Of a stretch of 64,000 nt of DNA, positions 10,327 to 20,004 are shown piece by piece. Source of the stretch: Roseibium sp. (GTDB lineage: Bacteria > Pseudomonadota > Alphaproteobacteria > Rhizobiales > Stappiaceae); NCBI RefSeq assembly GCF_048260565.1, contig NZ_JBLXGP010000001.1:141362-205361 (forward strand). Direction: 5' to 3'. Numbering within the stretch: the stretch's first letter is position 1; each line of letters begins with the position of its first letter. Under the pieces are notes generated by a model that worked only from the letters and a program-made list of their open reading frames with translations, was not told the DNA's origin and ran no database searches. The translations under genes were made by a program, and so were the position numbers.

Positions 10327-10731
10327 TCTAACCCTTTCGCGCCAGTACGATCATGCCGACCGGCGCCGTCAACAGGGCCACCGACTGGGCAATCGCAATG
10401 CGGGTGGCTTTCAACGTTCGATCCCTCTCCAACCATCTCGTTGGTTTAATGCCTGACACCCATCATGTTGTCCCGCCGGCCAGGTTCACCTGGAACGTGA
10501 GGAAAGCACCTATGGCCATGGCGGGGTGTTCGACGCGGAACTGCAGACAGGACGTCACGAGCGTCGGCAAAAACGCCACCGCGACTATGACGCCGATAAA
10601 CGCAGCCAGTACTCCTGCCGAAGTGGCAGCACGTCGCCGAACGTAATTCCGGGCAAAAACGCGACTTTTGGTCGAGGCAGCGGTAAGTGATGTTTCCTCA
10701 GGCCACGACGTCCACTCGTTCGCCCATCAGA

Positions 10732-10896
10732 TCAGAGCCGGCCTGTTAACAGCAGGATGAGAACGACGATCAGGATGACGCCAATGACGCCGATGCCGCC
10801 ATGACCGAAACCATAACCATAGCCGCCGAAGCGACCGCTGAAACCGCCAAGCAGGAAGATGATCAGCAGAATGACAAGTATTGTTCCAAGCGACAT
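10732..10896 (-). CDS. DUF3309-family small membrane protein (54 aa)
   Basis: Hand translation: MSLGTILVILLIIFLLGGFSGRFGGYGYGFGHGGIGVIGVILIVVLILLLTGRL. GGAGG RBS. Below the ORF-track cutoff. Confidence 0.8.
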   Translation of the reverse strand: MSLGTILVILLIIFLLGGFSGRFGGYGYGFGHGGIGVIGVILIVVLILLLTGRL

Positions 10897-11033
10897 AGTC
10901 TTGCCTCCAAGGTCTGGCGATGTCCCGGCGCCAGTAAACCGGGTAGTCCATTTCCGAATCTACGGGGTCGAATCCTGCGCTTTCATTTTCCGGTCAGCTT
11001 CATAAGAGGGCAAACCAGCCGGGATGTTCCAGC

Positions 11034-11180
11034 CTACTTGGTTTCGACGGAAATGCCGGACTTTCCAACATTTATCTCAATGCTACTCGTCTTTTGGCGT
11101 TCCTGGTAAAAATAATAGCTTAAGACCAAGGTGGCGATGACGAGCGCGCCGATAATGAGGTAGAGAACGTTGCGTTTCAT
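11034..11180 (-). CDS. Small single-TM hypothetical protein (48 aa)
   Basis: Hand translation: MKRNVLYLIIGALVIATLVLSYYFYQERQKTSSIEINVGKSGISVETK. GGGAG RBS. Resembles a small protein I recall from rhizobia. Confidence 0.75.
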   Translation of the reverse strand: MKRNVLYLIIGALVIATLVLSYYFYQERQKTSSIEINVGKSGISVETK

Positions 11181-11559
11181 ATTCTGAAAGCTCCCGTTTC
11201 GGTTCGCAGATACACGCTTCTTTCAGACGAAACTGCCATCCGTTCGGGCATTTCGCCGTCCTCGTTCCGCCCTTTCGCTGCAGCGCTTCGATGCATTTCT
11301 TTTCAACCCTTGATATTCATTGATTGATCCAAGCAAACTTCATTGATGGAAATCAAGCCCAATGGCCAGATGCCGTTTGGTGATCGGGAATCGCTCAGAC
11401 TACCAACGTCGGAGCAAATACGCATCAGATGATACGGTGAGAGAGGGCTTCGTTATGCCCGCAGCAAGCCGATCTAAGATTACCTCCTGGGCCTGGAGCC
11501 TCAAAGCGGTTTCGCTGATCGCGGGAACAGGATTTACGGTCTCCAGAAGGAGGTCACTG

Positions 11560-11965
11560 ATGGAACGGGACTATTTCTGGCTGAGCGACGAACTGTTCGC
11601 GAAATTCAGGCAGCTTCTTCCCACAGACATCCCAGGCAGGCCACGCGTCGAAGATCTCAGGGTGATCAACTGCATCTCCAAGTCATCAGGAGCGGCGGAC
11701 GCTCGGTCGATGCGCCTGCCGTCCATGGACCGAAGAAGGCACCTCATAAATATTTCCAACGCTCGGCCGCCAAGAGTGTGTGCGGTGGCCTTTTTCATGT
11801 ATTGGCTTCGGCCGGGCGCTCGCCGGCCAAACTGCTCATCGGCCCTTCGGCTGTCCGGCTATCCGGCTGTCCGACTTGCCGGTGTGCATCGGTCGGCAAA
11901 AAGGGGACAATATCAGGCGATCGACCGATCGCGCGACGGACGAGCCGCCAAAATCCATGATAACG
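11560..11965 (+). pseudogene. Degenerate IS5-family transposase fragment
   Basis: AAGGAGG RBS then MERDYFWLSDE..LP..PGRPRVEDLRVI. Other frames give DAPAVHGPKK..LASAGRSPAKLLIG and HRSAKRGQYQAIDRSRDGRAAKIH, matching IS5 patterns DAP.EYGP and AIGRSRGG.TTKIH. Frameshifted and truncated. Confidence 0.7.
11843..11882 (+). repeat. Imperfect 8-bp tandem repeat (5 units) inside the IS relic
   Basis: cccttcgg ctgtccgg ctatccgg ctgtccga cttgccgg. Confidence 0.6.
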
Positions 11966-12032
11966 AAGGCGTTATCGGGCGCCGGAAAGATTGTCTCTAG
12001 TCGGAATATGCCGGTCTGATTTACGCTAAGGC

Positions 12033-12860
12033 ATGCGTATTCCGGGATATGTCAGGCCGCTTGCCGGCGCTTTGCTGCTTTTCCTCAGTTTCCTGCCGTC
12101 CGCGCGGGCGCAGGACCGCGTCGATGTCGCGCTGGTGATCGCCGTCGACGTCTCCCGCTCCATGTCCTACGAAGAACTGAGGATTCAGCGGAAAGGCTAC
12201 GCCGCGGCAATAACCAGTCCCGAAGTCGTCCGCGCGATCCAGGACGGCGTCTACGGCCGTATCGCGGTGACCCTCTATGAATGGGCCGCCGACAGTTATG
12301 TCCACGAGATTGTCGGCTGGACGCTGATCGAGGATCAGGCGGACGCCGAGGCGATCGCGGCCGTGCTTCTGTCGGAAAACAGCATGGGCGCGCGGCGCAC
12401 GTCTTTGTCGGGTGCAATACGTGCGGGCGTGAAGCGGCTTGAGGCGGTGCCCTTTTCGGCGGAGCGGCTCGTGATCGACATCTCCGGCGACGGCCCCAAC
12501 AACCAAGGCGTCCCGGTGACGATGGAGCGGGATAAGGCCGTGGCCAAGGGCATCATCATCAATGGCCTGCCTTTGATGACCTCGAGCGGCGTAGGGTCCG
12601 CTTTCAACATCCCGGATCTGGATATCTACTACCACCGCTGCGTGACCGGCGGTCCGGGCAGTTTCGTCATCCCTGTGACCGAATGGAAGGAATTTCCCGA
12701 GGCCGTCCGGCGCAAGCTGGTGCTGGAGATCGGTGGTGTGGAACAGCCGGAACCGCGGGTGATCCCGGCTCAGCTCTTCAGGGAAGAGCCCTACGATTGC
12801 CTGATCGGCGAAAAGATCTGGCAGCAGCGGATGTGGCAGTTCGACGATTTCGACCGCTGA
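12033..12860 (+). CDS. DUF1194 domain (vWA-like) exported protein
   Basis: 275 aa, signal peptide, LVIAVDVSRSM (MIDAS-like), IDISGDGPNNQG, INGLPL, GGPGSF. Confidence 0.85.
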   Translation: MRIPGYVRPLAGALLLFLSFLPSARAQDRVDVALVIAVDVSRSMSYEELRIQRKGYAAAITSPEVVRAIQDGVYGRIAVTLYEWAADSYVHEIVGWTLIEDQADAEAIAAVLLSENSMGARRTSLSGAIRAGVKRLEAVPFSAERLVIDISGDGPNNQGVPVTMERDKAVAKGIIINGLPLMTSSGVGSAFNIPDLDIYYHRCVTGGPGSFVIPVTEWKEFPEAVRRKLVLEIGGVEQPEPRVIPAQLFREEPYDCLIGEKIWQQRMWQFDDFDR

Positions 12861-12902
12861 TCCTGATCGACTTCTTCCGGTCGCGTCTGCATTAATGGCC
12901 CC

Positions 12903-14135
12903 ATGAGCGAGCCAGAATCAAAACCGGCAACCCTGAGGCGGGCCCTGACCCTGCCGTGGCTGGTCTTTTACGGCGTCGGCGTCACCGTCGGCGCCGGTAT
13001 TTTTGCGCTGATCGGCGAGATCCTGTCTCTGGCCGGCAGCCATGCGCCCCTGTCCTTCTTGCTGGCCGGTCTCATTGCCGGTGTCACCGGGGTTTCCTAT
13101 GCGCTTCTGGTCAGCCGGTTTCCGAAAGCGGGCGGAGAGGCGGTCTTTGTCCATCGCGGGCTCGGATCGTTTCCGGGAAAGCTTGTCGGCTACGGCGTCT
13201 GCGCGACTGGCACGATTTCAAGCGCGGTGGTCGCTCTTGCCTTTGCCGGATACATGCAGGCCCTGGTGCCGCTGCCGCAGGGTGTTCTGCTCGTTGCCGT
13301 CGTCGGCGGGCTGGCCGCAATCGCCTGGCTCGGCGTGCGCGAGAGCGTACTCTTCGCGGGCCTGATAACGCTTATCGAGGTCGGGACACTCATTCTCGTC
13401 ATCGTATTCGGAGGGCCGCTCATCGCCGATGTTCCGGAATGGGCGCCTTCCTTCGTCCCGCCCCTGGACGGAACCCTGCTCGCCGGGATTCTATCAGGCG
13501 GGGTGATCGCCTTTTTCGCCTTTGTCGGCTTCGAAGACATCGAGAACATGGCCGAAGAGACCGTTAATCCGGAACGGACCACGCCACGTGCCATCTTCTG
13601 GACGCTGGGGATCACGGTCGTCCTTTACGTTCTGCTTTCCATCATCGCCGTGATGGCACCAGACAGGGACGCCGTTGCCGGGTCTTCCGCGCCGATGGCG
13701 GTCCTCTTCGAGCAGATCACAGGCTTCTCCGGCAAACCGGTCGCGGCGGCGGCGGCCATTGCCATGATCAACGGCATTCTGGTGCAGATCGTCATGGTGA
13801 GCCGGGTGCTCTACGGCATGGCGAATGACGGCATTGCGCCGAAGTGGTTTGCCTGGGTCGATCCGAAACGGCGTACGCCCGGTCGGGCAACACTGGTGGT
13901 GACCATCGCTGTCCTGGCGCTTGCGGTTTCCTTTCCGCTGGTACGGCTGGCCGAAGCGACAAGCCTGGTGACGCTGGCGGTCTTTGCCCTGGTCAACCTG
14001 TCGTTGTTCCGCCTCGGCGGCCGTCTCGACGACAGGACGCTCCAGCGATTCCGCTGGTGGGGGCTTGCCGGCGCGGCGATCTGCGTCGTCATTGCCGGTT
14101 TCCAGATCGCCACCGGCGCGCTGGGCGGGCACTGA
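12903..14135 (+). CDS. APC-family amino acid permease
   Basis: 410 aa, multiple TM segments, GVGVTVGAGIF, FAFVGFEDI..MAEE, SRVLYGMA.DG. Confidence 0.9.
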   Translation: MSEPESKPATLRRALTLPWLVFYGVGVTVGAGIFALIGEILSLAGSHAPLSFLLAGLIAGVTGVSYALLVSRFPKAGGEAVFVHRGLGSFPGKLVGYGVCATGTISSAVVALAFAGYMQALVPLPQGVLLVAVVGGLAAIAWLGVRESVLFAGLITLIEVGTLILVIVFGGPLIADVPEWAPSFVPPLDGTLLAGILSGGVIAFFAFVGFEDIENMAEETVNPERTTPRAIFWTLGITVVLYVLLSIIAVMAPDRDAVAGSSAPMAVLFEQITGFSGKPVAAAAAIAMINGILVQIVMVSRVLYGMANDGIAPKWFAWVDPKRRTPGRATLVVTIAVLALAVSFPLVRLAEATSLVTLAVFALVNLSLFRLGGRLDDRTLQRFRWWGLAGAAICVVIAGFQIATGALGGH

Positions 14136-14144
14136 GTATCGATA

Positions 14145-16172
14145 TCAGCCGCGCCTGCGGCGCCTGCGCCCGCCGGCCGCATCTCCGCCGGCCTGCATCT
14201 TGCGCTCCGGCAGAGCCACGGCTTCCCGCAGGTTCGGAAACGGGTCGACCTTGTTCGGCAGTGCCATGGCGTTGACGAAATGCTCCTGGAATTTCGGCTC
14301 CAGCGCAGTCTCGATTTTTTCAATCTCGCGCACGGTCTGCTCGATCTCGCGACGGTAATCGGTGTTGAGCAGCGCCATGCGCGCGCCGGTCCCGGCCGCG
14401 TTGCCGACGCCTGCAACGCCGTCGATCGGGCAGTCCGGGATAAGGCCCAGCACCATGGCGTAGGTCGGGTCGATGTAACTGCCGAAGGCGCCCGCAAGCC
14501 GGATCCGGTCGATCCGGCTGGTGCCGAGCTTGTCCTGCAAAAGCTTGACGCCCGCATAAAGGGCGGCCTTGGCAAGCTGGATCGCGCGGATATCGGTCTG
14601 GAGAATGGAGATCTCGATGCCGTCCGTTGCAATCACATAGGCAAACGTCCGGCCTTTCGGAACGATACGGGAGGTCCGCGACCCCATGGCACCGTCGATG
14701 ACGCCGTCCTCGGTGATCAGGCCGCACAGATACATTTCCGCCACCGCCTCGATGATGCCGGAACCGCAGATGCCGGTGACGCCCACCTGGTCGATCTTCT
14801 CCGCAAAACCCGGCTCATCGGACCATTCGTCGAGGCCGATCACCTTGAAGCGCGGCTCCAGGGTGTCCCGGTCGATCCTGAGGCGCTCGATGGCGCCGGG
14901 GGCGGCCCGCTGGCCGGAGGAAATTTCAGCTCCCTCGAAGGCGGGGCCGGTCGGGGAACTGGCCGCCAGCAGCCGGTCCCGGTTGCCGAGCACGATTTCC
15001 GCGTTGGTGCCGACATCCACCAGCAGGGTGATATCGACTCTTTTATAAGGCGCTTCGGACAGGGTCGCGGCCGCCGCATCGGCGCCGACATGCCCGGCGA
15101 TGCAGGGCAGTATGTAGACCCGCGCGCCGCGATTGAGATCCAGGTCGAGATCGCGGGCGGGCAGGGTGAAGGCGTCGGAGACCGCGAGCGCGAACGGCGC
15201 CCCGCCGAGTTCCACAGGGCTGACTCCCAAGAACAGGTGATGCATCACCGGATTGCCGACGAAGGTGGCATCCAGCACGTCCGTACGTTTGGCGCCGACA
15301 TCACCGACCAGCTTGCCGACCAGCGCGTTGATCGCATCGCGCACGACCTTTGTAAGGTCCGGCAGTTTCTCCGGGTTCATCTGGATGTAGGACACCCGCG
15401 ACATCAGATCTTCGCCGAACCGGATCTGCGGATTGGAGGTCCCGGCGGAAGAGACCGTGCGGCCGGTCTTCAGGTCGCAGAGGTGGGCCGCAATCGTCGT
15501 GGAGCCGATATCGACCGCAAGCCCGTAGACGGTCGTCTTTTCTCCAGGCCAGAGCGCGGTGACCGTTGGAGCCGAAGTACTGTCCTGGTGGATCGCAGCC
15601 GTCACCGTCCAGTGACCAGCACGCAAGATGGCCTGAACCGAGGCGAGCAGGGCAGGGTCCAGGGTGAGGCCGGAAAGGCCTGCCTTTTCGGTCAGCGCAT
15701 CCCGCAACCGGTCGGCATCGCCGCGCGGCAGGTCCATGTCCGGTTCGGCAATGGTGACCGTGACGAGGGAGATGGAGGACTTCGGCTCGATCGCCCGCAC
15801 CTCGGCACGTTTGCGCACCACCTGCCGGTTGGTCTGGGCATCGGTCGGGATATCGACGATGAGGTCGCCCTGGATCTTCGCCTGACAGGAGAGGCGCCGG
15901 TCGGCGGCAAGGTTCCGCAAGCCCCGGTATCGCGCTTCCGCCTCGGTTTCGCCGGCAAGGTGGTCCGCCGCACTGGTCAGGCCTTCCTTGGCGAAGTTGC
16001 CCTCAGACACGGAAATCTGGCAGCGGCCGCAAATGCCGCGCCCGCCACAGACGGATTCCACATAGACCCCGAGGGAGCGGGCAGCATCGAGCAGCGGCGT
16101 GCCGAGCGGGAACATGCCCCGCCGGCCGCTCGGCTGGAAGACGACTTTCGCCAGATCCTTCGTTTCAGTCAT
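14145..16172 (-). CDS. ASKHA/DUF4445 reductive activator of corrinoid proteins (RACo/RamA-like) with N-terminal 2Fe-2S domain
   Basis: 675 aa; CGGRGICGRC and RLSCQ 2Fe-2S motifs; AVDIGSTT, DVGTNAEI, GPAFEG, GICGSG, LAGAFG. Confidence 0.92.
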   Translation of the reverse strand: MTETKDLAKVVFQPSGRRGMFPLGTPLLDAARSLGVYVESVCGGRGICGRCQISVSEGNFAKEGLTSAADHLAGETEAEARYRGLRNLAADRRLSCQAKIQGDLIVDIPTDAQTNRQVVRKRAEVRAIEPKSSISLVTVTIAEPDMDLPRGDADRLRDALTEKAGLSGLTLDPALLASVQAILRAGHWTVTAAIHQDSTSAPTVTALWPGEKTTVYGLAVDIGSTTIAAHLCDLKTGRTVSSAGTSNPQIRFGEDLMSRVSYIQMNPEKLPDLTKVVRDAINALVGKLVGDVGAKRTDVLDATFVGNPVMHHLFLGVSPVELGGAPFALAVSDAFTLPARDLDLDLNRGARVYILPCIAGHVGADAAAATLSEAPYKRVDITLLVDVGTNAEIVLGNRDRLLAASSPTGPAFEGAEISSGQRAAPGAIERLRIDRDTLEPRFKVIGLDEWSDEPGFAEKIDQVGVTGICGSGIIEAVAEMYLCGLITEDGVIDGAMGSRTSRIVPKGRTFAYVIATDGIEISILQTDIRAIQLAKAALYAGVKLLQDKLGTSRIDRIRLAGAFGSYIDPTYAMVLGLIPDCPIDGVAGVGNAAGTGARMALLNTDYRREIEQTVREIEKIETALEPKFQEHFVNAMALPNKVDPFPNLREAVALPERKMQAGGDAAGGRRRRRRG

Positions 16173-16190
16173 TCCGCACTTTCAGATCTG

Positions 16191-17147
16191 TTAGACGCTT
16201 ACGGTCCTGCGCCGGCCTTCGCGGCCGCCACGGCGACGTCCGCCGGCCGATGCCGTTTCCGCCGGTGCGGGGGCGCCGGCTGCAGCCGGGGTGTAGTCGC
16301 GGTATTTCATGATCCATTCGCCGCAGTTGGGATCGTGGCCGGCAAGCACGTTGGCCGCGCGCACCGCTTCCATTTCCTGTGGACGGCAGGGGTTCATGAT
16401 CGCGCTGGTCATGCCCGAGGCAACCACCATGGGGATGAAGGCGGCATTGATGCCGTGGCGATGGGGCAGGCCGAAGGAGATGTTGGACAGGCCGCAGGTG
16501 GTGTTGACCTTCAGCTCCTCGCGCAGGCGGCGGAGCAGGGCGAACACCTGTTGGCCGGCCGTGCCCATGGCGCCGATCGGCATCACCAGCGGATCGACCA
16601 CGATGTCGTGTGCCGGAATGCCGTAGTCGGCGGCCCGCTGCACGATCTTCTTGGCAACCGCAAAGCGTACGTCCGGATCTTCGGAAATCCCGGTCTCGTC
16701 ATTGGAGATGGCAACCACCGGCACGTCGTATTTCTTGCAGAGCGGCAGGATCGCTTCCAGCTTTTCTTCTTCGCCGGTCACCGAGTTCACCAGCGGACGG
16801 CCCTTGGCGACCTTCAGCCCGGCCTCGATCGCCGCTGTCACGGATGAATCGATGGACAAGGGAACGTCCACAAGTCCTTGAACAATCTCGAGAGTCTTGA
16901 CCAGAAGCGGCGGCTCGGTCTCGTTCGGATTGACCGCCGTCACGCCCGCGTTGACGTCGAGCATGGTGGCGCCGGCCGCGACCTGGGCGAGCGCATCGGC
17001 CTCGACCGTGTCGAAATTGCCGGCGATCATTTCGGCGGCCAGCTTCTTGCGTCCGGTCGGATTGATCCGTTCTCCGATGACACAAAACGGCTGGTCGAAG
17101 CCGATGATGATTTCTCTGGTGGCAGAGGCAACGACGGTGCGTGTCAT
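16191..17147 (-). CDS. Methyltetrahydrofolate:corrinoid methyltransferase (stand-alone pterin-binding domain of MetH)
   Basis: ATG at 17147; IGERINPTG, LDVNAG, SIDSS, VNSVTGE, VVDPLV, GLSNISFGLP. Confidence 0.9.
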   Translation of the reverse strand: MTRTVVASATREIIIGFDQPFCVIGERINPTGRKKLAAEMIAGNFDTVEADALAQVAAGATMLDVNAGVTAVNPNETEPPLLVKTLEIVQGLVDVPLSIDSSVTAAIEAGLKVAKGRPLVNSVTGEEEKLEAILPLCKKYDVPVVAISNDETGISEDPDVRFAVAKKIVQRAADYGIPAHDIVVDPLVMPIGAMGTAGQQVFALLRRLREELKVNTTCGLSNISFGLPHRHGINAAFIPMVVASGMTSAIMNPCRPQEMEAVRAANVLAGHDPNCGEWIMKYRDYTPAAAGAPAPAETASAGGRRRGGREGRRRTVSV

Positions 17148-17163
17148 GGCTGTCCCTTGGGGC

Positions 17164-17484
17164 TCAGGAGGAAATATCCGCAGAAGAAGGCTCAAAGCCT
17201 TCATGTGCGACGAGGTCTTTCAGTCTGTCTTTCGGATAGGCGGCAACGAGCGCATCGACCGCCGCATCCGCTTCGCTTTCCAGGTCGTCGGAGACATCGA
17301 CGGGATCGCTCCGCCGCCACTCGGCCAGATAGGCGTCCGTGTCCTTCGCCCCGACCCGCATCGCGCAGGCATCGACCGTTTCCATGAAGACGGCCGGCAG
17401 TTCCCTGCGCGCGGCCTTGCGGCCCTGCTTTACCAGCACCTGCGCCGGGATATCCCGCCAGTAAACGATGATCTTCTGCGCCAT
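17164..17484 (-). CDS. Virulence_fact-family small protein
   Basis: 106 aa; IVYWRDIPAQV and D.DAYLAEWRR signature recalled for this family. Confidence 0.75.
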   Translation of the reverse strand: MAQKIIVYWRDIPAQVLVKQGRKAARRELPAVFMETVDACAMRVGAKDTDAYLAEWRRSDPVDVSDDLESEADAAVDALVAAYPKDRLKDLVAHEGFEPSSADISS

Positions 17485-17545
17485 AAGAGAGCGTCCTTTC
17501 GATGCTCATGATTGCCGGAAGAGCAGGGTTTCAAGACGCGGGAAA

Positions 17546-17572
17546 GCGGCACCGCTAGGCGGAAATGCGACG
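17546..17572 (-). promoter_or_regulatory. Candidate GlxA/GbdR-type tandem operator
   Basis: Coding strand reads CGTCGC-N15-TGCCGC (21-bp period), about 62 bp upstream of the Virulence_fact start. Confidence 0.45.
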
Positions 17573-17829
17573 CGGGATTTCGGAGGGTTTGGATAGGACT
17601 GCTTTCTGGGGCAGTTCGGCCGCTTCGCACCCTTTTCATGCCCTCCCCACCAGCGGCGAGGTGGATTGGATCACCCGGACTTCGCCGTGTGATGACGCCG
17701 TATCTGCGGCGGGAGCCTTGCCACTCTCTCCGCGTCATTGCCCGGCGAAGTCCGGGCAATCCACTCGCATCAGTCGTGTGGTTAGGTGGTCGGATGGGGC
17801 AATATCTGTCCCGCCCCGTATTTTCCGCC

Positions 17830-18477
17830 TCAGCCCACGGTCCGCTCCCCCAAAAACGTCTCCAGCATCCCATACCCCGTCTTCTGCATTTCAAACGCCA
17901 GACCCAGACGCTCGGCGGCCTTGCGGGCGGCGGCTTCGAGCTTCGGGTCGTCGGTCTGGGCGAGGTAAAGCACGCGGGTGTAATGGGCGAAGTAGAGGTC
18001 GCGCAGGTGGGGGTGCCAGTTCAGGCCGAGCGGAGCCATGACCATGGTCTCGAAATGCCGGGCCAGGAAGTCGGTCAGGTAGAAGGTACCGAGCTGGTCT
18101 TCCTCCAGGGCGTCGAAGGCATCCAGGCCGGTAAAGAAGGCGTAGCAATGGGCGCCGCCGATGCGCTTCGCGCCGGTTTCTTCCAAAACCTTGTCCAGCA
18201 GTCCGCCGGTGCCGCAATCGGCATAGGCGACCAGGATCTCGTCATAGAGGTCGCGTTTTTGAAGGATCGCCGAGCGCACGGCGTCGGGGATCTTCTGCGG
18301 CGTGTTGTGCAGCTGGGCGGGCAGGCAGGTCAGGTCGATATGGTCGAACCCGTTCAGCTCCCGGATCGCCTTGATCTCGCGGGCAAGGGCGCCGCAGGCG
18401 ATCACCAGGACGCGCCCGATCTTCCGGAGCGGTGCCGGCTCCGGCTCGAAAGGAAAAAGCGGTGCGCTGGAGGCCAT
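17830..18477 (-). CDS. DUF1638 domain protein
   Basis: ATG at 18477 with GGAGG RBS; VIACGALAREI, LPAQLHNTP, YADCGTGG, HCYAFF, FYLTDFL. Confidence 0.85.
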   Translation of the reverse strand: MASSAPLFPFEPEPAPLRKIGRVLVIACGALAREIKAIRELNGFDHIDLTCLPAQLHNTPQKIPDAVRSAILQKRDLYDEILVAYADCGTGGLLDKVLEETGAKRIGGAHCYAFFTGLDAFDALEEDQLGTFYLTDFLARHFETMVMAPLGLNWHPHLRDLYFAHYTRVLYLAQTDDPKLEAAARKAAERLGLAFEMQKTGYGMLETFLGERTVG

Positions 18478-18499
18478 TCCGTCGCCTCCCTGTCTGCTG

Positions 18500-19201
<702 letters not shown>

Positions 19202-19275
19202 GGCAACTCCCAAACGGCTGCGGCAATGTAATCGATTGACAATGAATCCGAGTGGCTATCTGCAATATCTCCAAA

Positions 19276-19302
19276 ACGACATCCCAAGTCGCACCTGCGA
19301 CA
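19276..19302 (-). promoter_or_regulatory. Candidate GlxA/GbdR-type tandem operator
   Basis: Coding strand reads TGTCGC-N15-TGTCGT (CGAC at 19277 and 19298 on the + strand). Confidence 0.55.
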
Positions 19303-19381
19303 GGGGCGGGAATCGGGTAAATATTCCCACCGGTTAGAGAGAGGCGCAAACGCCTGCGCCGTCCGCAAAGGAGCTGGAACC

Positions 19382-19732
19382 ATGAGGCCTCGCATCGTCA
19401 TGCTGTCCGGCGTCACCCGCCAAAACCGGCACGCGGTCATGCGCGACCTGAACGATGCGATCCTGAAGGCCGGCGGCTGGGTCGAGGGCCATTCCCTGTT
19501 TTCGAACATCGCGACCACCTTCCGGCTCGTCCTGCCGGTTTCGGCCCTGGGTCTTTTCCGCGAAGCCGTCCGGGACACGGGCATTGCGCTCGACGACGAC
19601 AGCGCCACGAAACTGAACGATCTGGGCGCGGGGGAACGCAGCGGGGACGAGGAAGTCGGTCTGACCCTGAACGTGACCTTCATCCATGATGAACCCGACC
19701 TGCGCCGGGAGGTGCCGGCGGTGCCGGGTTAA
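19382..19732 (+). CDS. Hypothetical protein, possibly ACT-like fold (116 aa)
   Basis: AAGGAG RBS, coding-like codon usage, alternating beta/alpha pattern; divergent from the corrinoid gene. Confidence 0.7.
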   Translation: MRPRIVMLSGVTRQNRHAVMRDLNDAILKAGGWVEGHSLFSNIATTFRLVLPVSALGLFREAVRDTGIALDDDSATKLNDLGAGERSGDEEVGLTLNVTFIHDEPDLRREVPAVPG

Positions 19733-19811
19733 TTGAGACGCAGGCTCTTTTGTGTGGCCGGCGAAGTTCGTACTTTCGACAGCCGTCTCCTGTGTCGGAC
19801 GATTCCCCATG

Positions 19812-19976
19812 GTCATCCCAGACAAGCGCGGCGAAGCTGCGTGCCGATCTGGGATCCAGACATCAGCCGCGCCGGAGGCGCGTCTCATTCTGTTTTGAAA
19901 GCGGAACCCGCTGCGCTCGTCCTGTCAGATGGATCCCAGATCGGCGTTCGGCTGCGCCTCACTTGTCTGGGATGAC
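19812..19976. repeat. Inverted REP doublet of the (C)GTCATCCC..GGGATCCA type
   Basis: 47-bp unit 19812-19858 (gtcatcccagacaag-N16-gccgatctgggatcca) and its inverted copy 19930-19976; the outer 15/16-bp blocks are identical. Confidence 0.85.
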
Positions 19977-20004
19977 GGTGTCAGGGTTTTAATTAGACGG
20001 AACT

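Noticed and set aside
10353-10731. Plus-strand 97-aa ORF, and a hydrophobic minus-strand frame continuing in frame after the DUF3309 stop
   Set aside because: No convincing start or RBS and no family motif; stop-codon readthrough is unsupported.
19202-19381. Expected cobalamin riboswitch before the corrinoid gene, or THF/ZTP riboswitch before fhs
   Set aside because: No B12-box or other recognisable aptamer core seen by eye; an Infernal/Rfam scan would settle it.
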